A stretch of DNA of 64,000 bases, taken from the NCBI RefSeq assembly GCF_006345805.1, contig NC_043002.1, positions 103,354,001 through 103,418,000 on the forward strand, in the 5' to 3' direction. The stretch comes from Octopus sinensis. Lineage: Eukaryota. Positions 52,823-64,000 of the stretch are shown in pieces. Below the pieces are notes generated by a model. That model saw only the letters and a list, made by a program, of their open reading frames with translations. It had not been told where the DNA came from and searched no databases. Each line of letters opens with the position of its first letter. Within the stretch, counting starts at the first letter, position 1. The position numbers and the translations under genes are program-made.

Positions 52823-54374
52823 ACGCACACTTGTAGAAACACTGCCACTGCCGCGCCCACGTTTGTAGCAAAATCATGTTACATACCACATAAGTTTTAT
52901 TGAATATTTAGTCTGAGAATTATCCACTCTATTTTATGAGGAATTACTAGAAACTGATAACAAATGATGCTCAAATATATGTTCACCTTTTATTAATATG
53001 ATGCCCGCACTGTAGAAAATGCTTGACATAAAATAAATCTTGGTATTTTCTCTGTTGTATTGCGATTGGTCAAATAGATTTATATCTTAGGTGTAGATAC
53101 ATAGAAACCTAATTATATATAGTCGTTCACCATCAAAAATACTGAATATTTTATTCTGCTACTTACAATGCTGATTAAATATTTTCTGTAAAGAAAATTT
53201 AACTCAATGCATGGATAAGACACCCTGAGATTATTTTGGTTTTTCCTAATATATAGAAATAATTTGAAGTGAAGTGTAGTTTTGGATGATTTGTTGAAGT
53301 TGAGTAAACCACTGCAAATTCAATGCGAAATTCTTTGATACGTTATCATAAATGAAGAGCAAGATAAGATTCTAATCACGGCTTTCTTTTGATCAGATAT
53401 ATCTACCAATATATCATGCACATCTATGAGGCATTTTCTGCGAATAATGAAGTATAATACACATGTATGAACAATCGCGAGTGTGACTTCAAGTAAAGTA
53501 TGATCGCTGATAATTTGTTAGCGAAATCTGTCTTGATGTCTCCGTCCATTAAGTTGCACATTTCGTAATGCATGAATCCATAGTAACAAACGAGTCGCCA
53601 TTACAGAAACACATTCTGACATTCCCTTTCGAAATATCGTGAACTCTTTGTAATACTTCCCTTTTACTCGTTGTATTTGATGGATTAATAAGAACAAAGC
53701 AACACCAGATTTGATTTCAGGTTGACACCGGATATAATGCAATCGATAATGGAACCTTAATTCTTCAGAATTTGAATTAGTTGTTTGAACCAAGTATGTC
53801 GGGATTTCTGCCAAGAACCACTTAGATTGGTGTATTATGTATCGCGTAAATGTATGACTTGCATATAACTCATGGCGAGTGTGTTATTCAGCTTTAATTA
53901 AGTTTGTCGCTGCATTCCTATGGTGTAGAATTATCGAGAAAAGCCGTTCAAAGAGATCTCTTCTCGCACAACATGACTTCTTGTGTTATAAGGTTACGTA
54001 TGAGAAGAGTTCGACTGTTTAAATTTAAGACTTCAGAACTGACTTTAATTTAAGAATTGTATAATTAGATTCTATACTCAGTTCGTATTAATATTATGTT
54101 AGGTCTCAGTATCAGGGGATCTTCACTTACAACGGTTAAAAAATTGGACCAATTGATGTTGATAAAATTTATTCATATATATATATATATGTATATATAT
54201 ACATATATTTATGTATGTATGTATGTATGTATAAATATACACAAATACATTTAAAACTTATTTAGCAATCAGTCTATCCATAAATCTGAAATAGACATAC
54301 AGAGAAAAAGCACATATAAATGCATACATATATATGTATGTGTGTGAGAGTATTTGTGTGTGCATAAGAGTTTA

Positions 54375-54422
<48 letters not shown>

Positions 54423-54559
54423 TGTGTGTGTGTGTGTATGCATGTATGTAAATATATATATCGATCGTACGCAAACGTAAATCGAAAAAAGAGCACGCTC
54501 TTAGGTATAGAGCAATATATATTAAAGTTAGATATGGCCTGTTTATGGGATTTTTGCAC

Positions 54560-55200
54560 GTCTATAAAGGGCCTGGATTTATGGTGTATCATCAGATCCG
54601 AAAATCTGTTGGCTAAAGGCCTCACTAGTCAGTGGAATATTTAGAATATGAAGGAACTCGTTACTCAAATTCAGCCTCTTGACTACTTATTACCGATATC
54701 AACAAAGTGGGAGGTGTCAATTTGGCTATCGCTCGCCGCTAGCCCTGCTATCTCGTGGGTTCCAATAGGCTTGCTAGAATTTCCTGAAATGAATGCAAGA
54801 ACGGTCCAAATACCTCCCTTCTAGAGTTCAAGATGTTCCCTGGATCGAGGGAGACCTTTAGGTCGCTCGCCCGTTCCGCTACGCATAATTTACACCGGTT
54901 GGTCCCGTTAATGTAGGGGCCTGCTTTCTCTATGATTCTCCATGATATCGTGTATGGAATCCCATCGTCTATAGGTTGCCATACGTGGTTGCCTAATGAC
55001 GTGACGAATCCTATTTCTGGTATCCTGAAGGAGGATGTGCAGTTGGAAGGCGTTGTTTGAATGAATTCGCGGAACAACCGATGGAACTCCGTTGTCGATT
55101 GTTGGCGGTGATTTGTCTGTTGGTGATTGATTCGCTGTCGCCGCTATTGCCGGGCATGAGGCGTTTGGTGCTAACGTTGTTGGTGTTGGTCGTGTTGGTA
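54560..55200 (-). mobile_element. degenerate Penelope GIY-YIG endonuclease plus 3' region
   Basis: SIGCSANSFKQR/..TSSFR....TSLGNHVW..DDGIPYTISWRIIEKAGPYINGTNRCKLCVAER..GNILNSRREVFG..H matches the PLE EN C-terminal motif (YIG...FK.R...H..SF...T.LS.HIW..K....Y.I.W.I...A.PY....C.LC..EK...LN.R.E....C.H). Confidence 0.85.
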
Positions 55201-55361
55201 ACTGGCGCTGTTGGTACTGGAGGTGGTGATGGTGTTGGTACTGCCACTGCCGGTGTTGGAAAGGTGCCATTCTTCTTATTAGGACTATCGCCATTGATGG
55301 AGGTGCTCTCATTGCTGTCGTAGATGTATATTGTCGATTCGTCACATCATTAGCGAGCAAC

Positions 55362-55790
55362 GTATGCCAATAGACGACGGTAACCCATACACAATATCAT
55401 GGGGAATCCTAGAGAATTCAGGCCCCTATATTAACGGGGACAACCGCTGTAAATTATGTGTGGCGGAACGGGAGATAAAAGTAAAGGACTTCCTTGATCT
55501 AGGGAACATTCTGAAGTTCTTAACGGATGTTTTCGGATCATGCTTGGATTTCAGGAAATTCCTGCTAGTCTATTGGAACCAACGGCATAGCAGGGCCACC
55601 GGCAATATATATAGCCAAAATGACACAACGCTTTTTGTTGATATCGGCGATCAATAGCCAAGGGGAGACAATCACTTACTTGACATTGAATAACGAGCTT
55701 ATTTCCTCCTCCATATTCTAGAGAGTCCACTCACTAAAGAAGCCTCTAACAGATTCAGGGATCTTATGATGCGCTATAAGCTAGGCCCAT
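55362..55790 (+). mobile_element. second, inverted copy of the same Penelope EN 3' end
   Basis: PIDDGNPYTISWGILENSGPYINGDNRCKLCVAER... and the downstream non-coding part aligns with the reverse complement of 54560-54975. Confidence 0.85.
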
Positions 55791-55952
55791 TATGGACTTG
55801 AAACCTAAAGGAATCACATGAAACGATCTTGTCTAACTTTAATTTACACACACATACACCTACATATAATGAGAGAGATATAGGTAGATAACTAGATAGA
55901 AAGAGAGGTAGATAGATATGTGTGCATTTATATATGTATGTATACATATATC

Positions 55953-56183
55953 TATTTCTTTATTACCCACAAGGGGCTAAACATAGAGGGGACAAACAAG
56001 GACAGACATAGGTATTAAGTCGATTAGATCGACCCCAGTGCATAACTGGTACTTAATTTATCGACCCCGAAAGGATGAAAGGCAATGTCGACATCGGCGG
56101 AATTTGAACTCGGAACGTAACGGCAGACGAAATACCGCTAAGCATTTCGCCCGGCGTGCTAACGTTTCTGCCAGCTCGCCGCC
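55953..56183 (-). mobile_element. full-length young tRNA-derived SINE with 16-bp TSD
   Basis: Intact consensus flanked by the direct repeat tatgtatacatatatc at 55937-55952 and 56184-56199. Confidence 0.95.
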
Positions 56184-58497
56184 TATGTATACATATATCG
56201 TTTATCCATGTCATTGAGTGAATATATTAAGGTCAAGTACTAATTATTCCTGATCTCTTCTAGGCTTCATCACTAATTCCGTTTTCAACCAAATTGAATG
56301 CAGTGATAATGCTTCAGGCATAAGTTACATTGTGATATAAAGTAACTTAGATTTGGTTCATCAAAATAAATGTGCGCTCAAAATATGTAAGGTCAAAATC
56401 GGAGAGTAAAGTAAAAAAAACTGATATTGAATCAAAATGTTTCAATTATTTTAAAAGAAAACTATTGATTCGTTGGTTTAAACAAATGTGCTCATACAGT
56501 AGGAATGTTTGGTTGAAATCTTTGTTAAAAAGTATTTGTCTTGAAAAAAACTTAGTGTGGACTTAGTTGATGAGAAAATGGTAAATAAGCACCAAACATA
56601 AATTTGAATTAAAGTATCTCATCTATAATAAAGCAATGGAATAGTTGTGTTCAGTTGAAAGAATTTTATGAGACGCATATGATGATGAACACCTCATCAA
56701 AGTATATTGCATTGAAATTAAGTGACGAATGAAGGCGATCATTTAGACTAATCAAAATATTTTTGGCATTTTCGGATAGCTAGCATTATACGTGACAGAA
56801 TTACGTGTTGTGTCGTTTAGCTTAAAAGTAAAGAGCGGCGAAGCGTGAGTTGTACGAAGTTCTGTACGCTACGGCATGCTGGACAATTTCTTTCTCTCCC
56901 TTTTCTAAGGGTATTTGCCACACTTATAAGTTGTTTTCGTAGCCACTGAACACTCGAGATTTATCTCAGATGAAACCGCTCTACGCGAAGAGTGCTATGG
57001 TGAAAATCTTGTGAAAATATATTTGCTAAAAAACAAGTTGCGTGTTTTTAAGTGACGAAAAAGAGCATATAATTTTAAGAAATGAATATAGTTTGGCCTT
57101 TTAAGAGAAAAATACAATTTGAACTCATGAATTCTTTCCTTGGGGTAAATATTTTCCTGAAAATGTCATCTAAATATATTAAGCGTAAAAAAGCGATTTT
57201 ATATTAATTCATATCATTCTGTTTATGTTTTAAAGTAGAAACGTATTTAAAAAAATATCAAAATAAAATAAGTCTTTCATTACAAAACTAATTAGTAATT
57301 ATTTAATTAAAAAGCAGTATGACTTTATAATAAAAATTGTTGAAAATTGTTCTTATTTGCTACAGATATGTGGCTAATACTTCGTTGCTACATTTGGATG
57401 CACTCAAAATTTCTAAATATGAACAAAATCTGCATTTTAGGAAATATTTGGAATATTATCATTTTTTTTTCCCAATTATAAGTGTAAATATAATAAATTA
57501 TAATAGAAGCGTGACCTGAAGAAAAGAGGGCTACAATGAAATATGCGGGCTCAGCATCGAAGAAAATCCTTAAGTATTAAACCTGGACAATTACAGAATA
57601 AAGCAGTAATTAAATCTGGAAAGGTACGGGAAAAGGAAAATAAACTGAAAATTTTGCTGCTGAGGTTAGGGGTTGATAAATAGATTTGTGAAATTGTTCA
57701 TCAAAACAGAAAAGTGTGCACTTTTCTGAGTTTTTTAATTTCCGGCTTTTTTTATTGCAAATGTATTGAACTTTCATTTAATAATTTTGATTTAAAAATG
57801 TCTTCGTAATAAGCTAAAAAAATAGCTTACTTATTGTTAGAATTATATTATACCATTTTTATTTTCTTAACAAAACACATTATTGAAAAAATTTATATTA
57901 GAGATTGCGTATTATGAAATTAAACTCATGTAGAATATATATAATTCAAAGGAGTCAAACAAATTTTTAAATAAAAGAAACAAAATAATAATTGCTTTTT
58001 GAAGTTCGCGTAATACGATAACAAAGCATTTTCCATTTACAGTTTGAAAAATATTTCAAAAACGATATCTAATGAACAAATTGAGTGCACAATGTAGAAA
58101 TAACTCTCCAAGTCTTTAAATTATATAGGGGTTATAATTGTCAATTTTGCTTAAATGCTACTAAATCTTGTTTTCAATATATAAATTTGCAATATTAAAT
58201 TTTTAATGTGAAAGTAAATAGATTCTTGAGTATTTTGAATTAAAATTTTCAGTAAAAAATTTAAAACATACAGAACACTAATTACTATTTTAGTTTTTAA
58301 ATATTAACTGCAACATCTCTTGTCCTATAATGTGCCAGGGTAAAACTGTACTTGTCCTGCAGTTTTCCTGGTTTAATACTCAAGAATCTTCAGTGATTCT
58401 GTGCCCACATTTTTCATTCTAGTATATATATATATATATATACAAATAAATGAAAGAATGGAGTTGAACGACGAATTAACAAAATTCCTTTATTTCA

Positions 58498-58580
58498 TTT
58501 TCGACATATGTTTCGAAGGCTGCATATTCCTAATTTCGAAGGAATGAGGGGTGCATTATGCCGCCTTCTTATCAGGAAAA
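58498..58580 (-). ncRNA. type I hammerhead with extended stem II (single G8>A core change)
   Basis: Minus: ttttc CTGATAA GAAGGC-[42 nt, partly paired]-GCCTTC GAAAC atat GTC gaaaa. Palindromic stem III ACATATGT; sits in a short element abutting (TA)n at 58441. Confidence 0.7.
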
Positions 58581-58615
58581 GTAAGGAACTTATGTCAGCA
58601 TCAAGATGCACAAAA

Positions 58616-58681
58616 ACTTTTAGATGACTGTCCACACGGAGCCCATAGCTATGGGCTCCGTGTGGGCAGTCATCTAAAAGT
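58616..58681. repeat. 66-bp near-perfect spacerless palindrome
   Basis: acttttagatgactgtccacacggagcccatag|ctatgggctccgtgtgggcagtcatctaaaagt: 33-bp arms, one mismatch. Confidence 0.95.
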
Positions 58682-58682
58682 C

Positions 58683-59215
58683 TGTGGAAACTATCATTTA
58701 TGATCATTTGCATATGCAAAAGGTGTCTGCCAGATGGAATCCCAGGATGCTCACACCTTTCCAGAAGAAATTACGCGTCGAGTGCTGGAGGATGAAGTTG
58801 GAGATGCGCCAAAAAGATAAGTCAAAATTTTTCAAAAGACTGACTACACAGGATGAAATCTGGGCCCATCACTATGATCCAGAGACCAAAGCCCAGTTAA
58901 TGCAGTGAAAGCGCCGTGACTCACCTCCTCCAAAGAAGGCAAGGGTACACCCTTGCCTTCTTTGGAGGAGGTGAGTCACGGTGCTTCCACTGCATTAACT
59001 GTGTAGTAAATCTTTTGAAAAATTTTGGCTTATCTTTTTGGCACATCTCCAAATTCATCCTCCAGCACTCGACGCGTAATTTCTTCTGGAAAGGTATGAG
59101 CAACCTGGGAATCCATCTGGCAGACACCTTTTGCATATGCAAATGGTCATAAATGATAGTTCCCACAGACCCGGTACTAATCTTGACCTCATGGGATATT
59201 TGGCTACTTGGAAGT
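58683..59215. mobile_element. fold-back (inverted duplication) of a mariner transposase fragment, irritans/Hsmar2-like
   Basis: Plus arm: TIIYDHLHMQKVSARWNPRMLT...RLTTQDEIWAHHYDPETKAQ..SPPPKKAR. The minus arm is the same sequence. Centre gggt-ac-accc at 58943-58952. Confidence 0.9.
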
Positions 59216-59932
59216 AAGCTGAGTAGCATGTGATCGTCGCATTGTCTACGACAGGGAAAGCGATACCTGCGCAGAGGCCAACGCGAACTTGCAGAAAGTG
59301 TATAGAGATGATTGTATGAATCGCACACAAGTGTACGTTTCCAATGTGGCCGAAAATATGTCGATATTGACGAACGTTCTGGGAGACACGTAAACAGCAG
59401 AAGTGAAGAAAACATCGAAGGTGAGCGTGCAGCTGTAAGAGTAAATCGTCGAAACACCATCCGTGAGTTATTAGAGGTTGTGCAGATTGCATACGGTTTA
59501 GTTCATTATCTCTGAAGATTTGGGTATCAGCTCTGTGTCTGCCAAGTTCGTACCAAAGCTGCTTTTAGCCGACCATAATGGCACTCGTGTTCCAGTTACA
59601 TAAAATCTCTTTCACTGTGTCGAGAACACTATAAACTTTTCGAAAACAGTCCGTAGGCCTCTGGGCAGGTATGGCCAAGACGTTGGCGCTATTTGATGCA
59701 GATTCTCTGCTCAGTTTCCTCTGTCATTGTCAATGCGACAAACACACGCTACACACGTTCCTTCCAAGCACAGCACTGCTGTAAAGAGCGGATTTGAGCT
59801 AGAACGGTATAACTTAGTGACTATACACAAGAACGTTTCAGGTCAATCTGTGTGAAGCGACTTTACTCTGCGTGCTTTAAGCTTCGTTACTATGGTAACA
59901 GTCCGGATTCTTATTGATTGATCAGACGTTGT
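59215..59932. mobile_element. second mariner family: N-terminal fragment on + (59215-59620) and 5' end/TIR region on - (59630-59932)
   Basis: Plus: EANANLQKVY.DDCMNRTQVY..DERSGR...NRRNTIREL...SAKFVPKLL. Minus: EETEQRICIK..RLGHTCPEAY preceded by a TIR-like tatacaacgtctgatcaatcaataagaatccggac. Confidence 0.8.
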
Positions 59933-62160
59933 ATACATACATGATAATCGATTAAGCAAACTGAAGATGGAATCGGTATGGCTCTATATTTTGTACGACG
60001 ATCGCTTCGACCCATTCTTCGACTGTCTTTTATGGGTGGGATGCTATATATCATATTATGTTGCATCAATCTTGCAGTCAGGGTCACATGAGGTGTATTC
60101 ACACATAAAGTGGCACCTCGTTAAACATTTTGAGTCTGAGCAGCCATGTTGTTATTTGGCCTCTTCAGTTAAGGAATGAACTATCGCTACGATTTACTTT
60201 ATGTTTAAATATCCATAAAAAATAAAATATATGACAAATAAAATGAAATATATAAACGGCACCTAAGAAAGGAAGATAAAAGAAAAACCTCTCTTATGAA
60301 GGGAAAGTAAAATGTGAGAGAAATATTGGTAGCATGAGACCTGGAGAGAAAAATTAGATTACATTAAGTTTAAATCGAGAGAAGTGTACTAGAACAAAGG
60401 AAGGAAGATTATGTAGAGGCGAAAATGTCTAGGAGTGCAATACAGATATTGTGAGAACTGTTGAGAAATGGAATAAAAAGTCTGTCATCGCAGTTACCTT
60501 CAGGTTATAGCTATAGTTAAGCAATAGTACACTATGTTGTCAGTTCATTCAACTATCGCCAATGAACAGGTATATTCATATGGGTATATACATATATACC
60601 AAAAACACAATCGCGTGCACACACACACGCGCGCACGCGCGCGTACACACGTTTTATCAGTGTATACATACATTCACATACCACATATTTATACAGCAGC
60701 CGGCTTAGTTCCATACCTACGGATCTACATTTTTACTCTCATACATCCCTAACTCCACACCAACCTATACACGTAATCGTGTACCGGTTCTTGTGACTAT
60801 ATACATACACTCACATGTGCACACATAAACGCCAACACCCATGCTCGCACACCCATCAACCTAAGTGTGTATATATCTAAATTTATATATTCTTTCTGCC
60901 TTATTAGTTATTCATGCTGTAACGTTTTTGCTAATATATACTAGTGACATGAGATCGAATTCAAATGTATCATACATTATATATTGCAATATATAAACAT
61001 AATTAATTATTTTTTTGTCTCTTTACTTAATCATCCTATTACGTTTTTTTTCCTTTAAAACTAAACTCAAGTGATTTATGGTTGCATTCTGCCATTATTA
61101 TTAATGAACGTATCTAAAAAAATATTTTAATCACAACCCATTTAAATATATATAGGCAAATTCACGCAATGGTATCATATATCATAAGTTTGGACATATT
61201 TCACAAAACATAATGTTAAAGATATGGAATAGCTCTGATGGTTCATGCAGTTGTCTATATCCTCTTCAACAATGGTATCAATGCCCATTGTGTAAGACAA
61301 TGTTATATTGGTAATTAAATCTCGAATGTGTTGTCTAAATTCACATCGTATACGTTGTAGCATAATCATTCGCTTCTTAAATGGTATAAGTTGCAGTTTT
61401 GTTGTTTAATGAAGCTTTCACTCAGGGGCCTCGGGGTCGGATTTATATGTTGCTAGTGTTTAGTTTTTATTGGTTAGGTGTGGTTTCTATCATACAGCAC
61501 GAAGGTGTTCTTAATTGCATGATATGAGGAATTGCTGTGTATATTGCTAATAAATGTGGTAGCATTAAACACCATGTTCGTGTAGTATGTTTGAACTTAT
61601 GACATATGAGAAATGTGTGTGAATTGCTTTATATATTTTTCATTATGCGGTGAGATAATCATAGATTTAGATTATTGCAGAATACCTGTATATACATATA
61701 TTAAATTCCAAGGCTGTGAAAGATTTCAGAACATTTATAAAGAGGTCTTACAGCTGTCTCCGGGATATTTTATATTTCACTTCATAGGAGACGGTACAAG
61801 AAGAAGGTTAAGCAATAGTTATTCGAGAGAAGATATGAAATAGAGAGTGAAGTGGAAGAATGAAAACAGACGTGAGATATGCAGAGATTTTGTATATGCA
61901 GTCCCATTATTGAAGCAGAATGGAACACAAATTTCCCGTGTCTTGTGTGTATAAATGTGCTGAAACCTTTAACAGCGTTGGATTTTTATCTCATAGTGCT
62001 TATTTTTTTATGTGTATGCATGCTATTATATGACCAACGTTGGACTCCTCATTCACATAATCACCAGATCTGGAGCTTAACTATAGTCTGTCCATATCCA
62101 TAGCACTTACTCAGCGTTACCTGACACCTTCGAGTCTTCTTTTTATCATAATCACTCATA

Positions 62161-62194
<34 letters not shown>

Positions 62195-62689
62195 AAAGAC
62201 AGAGGGAGACAGAGACGTTATAGGTTAATAAATGAAAAATTGCTAATAATAAACATAACAGTATGTATATAGATTTCTCGATGTTTGCACATTTCTATGG
62301 AACACACACACACACACACATATATATATACATATACATTTATATATATACATATGCATATACATGCATGCGTATACATAACTATGTACAAACATATATA
62401 GATATAAAAGCACACACAACTGATGCCATTTGTATATGTATGTGGGAATTTCGTTCAAATGTGTGAATGTGGAAGCAATATAGTAAACAATATCGGATGT
62501 ATTACAAGGTGAGAGTTAGAAAGAATTGCAACGAAGAAAAGTGTTATATTTTTGTAATTAATTAAGAAAATGACTATAGTAATAACAATAATAATGATGA
62601 TGGTGATGCTACTATTACTAATAATAATAATTCATATTGAATAAAATATTAATCATTATTATATTTACAATTTCATATGTAAAATATTC

Positions 62690-62731
<42 letters not shown>

Positions 62732-63164
62732 TACTTTCCATTTTTACAGCCATATAATTTTATTGGAAGTTGTAGAGTATGACCTGGCGTTAAAGAGATA
62801 GTATTCTAAGAAGGCGTTTTGCCAAATATTGATTGAACAAAAATGCACGTAGAGTTTCGTTAAAAATGTTAATTCCTCTAATATATCAGTTTCTAATTAA
62901 TTTATAGCTTTGGTAAATAGAATTGCAATCACAAATTTCTTTATCGAAATATAAAAAAAAATGTTCTATAAAATCAAAGAGGAAATGAGTATAGTTTTGC
63001 TAACTGGAAATGTGCAACGCGGCGAATACTTTATAGATACAATGTCATACATGTTATGGTTTACCATGGATAGTACATGTACTAGTGGTTAATTATGTAT
63101 ATGTGATTGCATGCGTGTGCCTATACGTGGATGTTAGCGGTATGTATATATTTATGTATGTATG

Positions 63165-63166
63165 TA

Positions 63167-63201
<35 letters not shown>

Positions 63202-63233
63202 ATAGATAGATAGATATATAGATAGATAGATAA

Positions 63234-63308
<75 letters not shown>

Positions 63309-63310
63309 TG
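63165..63310. repeat. (TA)n-(GATA)n microsatellite
   Basis: Directly visible. Confidence 0.95.
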
Positions 63311-64000
63311 TTTCTTTATTAGCAACACAGAGCTGCACACAGACAGGACAAAAATACAAGGTAGAGCTTTTCTTTTGCGAGTAAAAGAAGGGGGTTTGGT
63401 TTTCGATCAAAAGGGATCGTAAATGGAAAGAAAGAGGACAAAAAAGGGGGGATAAAAAAAGGGGAGGTGAAGAAAAAAAGGGAAAAAAAATTGATCAATA
63501 GGGATCGTTATCACAGAAATGTCAATATGAAGTAAGATAGTAAGATAGATACATAGATAGATAGATAATTGTTAAAGAGGACAAGAGGAATTGAGGCAAG
63601 GCAAGCATCGTATACACTATTATTATTATTCAAAGTCTTACACCTGTTTCTGGGATATCCTCGAGTATGGAACGTTCCATCATCAGAAGCAAATAGGAAA
63701 AAATAAGGAAAATGAGAATGGTATATATTAATGAGTTGACGACATAGAGGAAGGGATTACAAGAATAAGGAGATGGAGAGATAGAAGAATAAAGAAGCAT
63801 AAAATTTCATAATTCAAATTTCCGAAGTTATAGAGAGAAGAGCATGACACCTTAGGTGCAAGTCTGCGTAGATCATGAGCGTAGGTCCTTAGGTTCAATC
63901 CTACGTAGATCCATGTGGGTTAAAATCCTGATATAGTAAACATCTCGAGAGAAAAGATGCGACCATATCAACGTTCAATAACTGAATGTCTCCTTAACTA

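Noticed and set aside
53518-53814. 98-aa minus ORF, with a faint BEL/Pao-like TSKREVLQRV word in another frame
   Set aside because: The match is too short and the diagnostic DPLG motif is absent, so it cannot be supported.

Overview
AT-rich, microsatellite-saturated animal genomic DNA. The SINE families, dense (TA)n/(GATA)n/(TAG)n tracts and LINE/mariner debris point to a cephalopod, probably Octopus; this is inferred from recalled repeat families, not a database hit. No complete host gene can be recognised. Most ORFs in the track are microsatellite artefacts, and the few with real protein signal are transposon fragments: RTE, CR1-like, Penelope RT and GIY-YIG, and several Tc1/mariner families. 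Non-coding mobile DNA includes tRNA-derived SINEs (one as a 184-bp tandem array, one with a 16-bp TSD), a non-autonomous Helitron and a MITE. The most striking signal is a set of type I hammerhead ribozyme (HHR) motifs in several unrelated short elements inserted in (TA)n. These include a head-to-tail 352-bp dimer with one HHR-like motif per unit inside a long strand-specific rod fold (retrozyme-like), and a 362-bp terminally redundant unit whose HHR carries a compensatory U3-A8 core pair. Also notable are a zig-zag, fold-back mariner mosaic abutting a 66-bp palindrome and a 23-bp minisatellite carrying ETS/RUNX/E-box-like words. A few isolated splice-site-bounded candidate exons are reported at low confidence.
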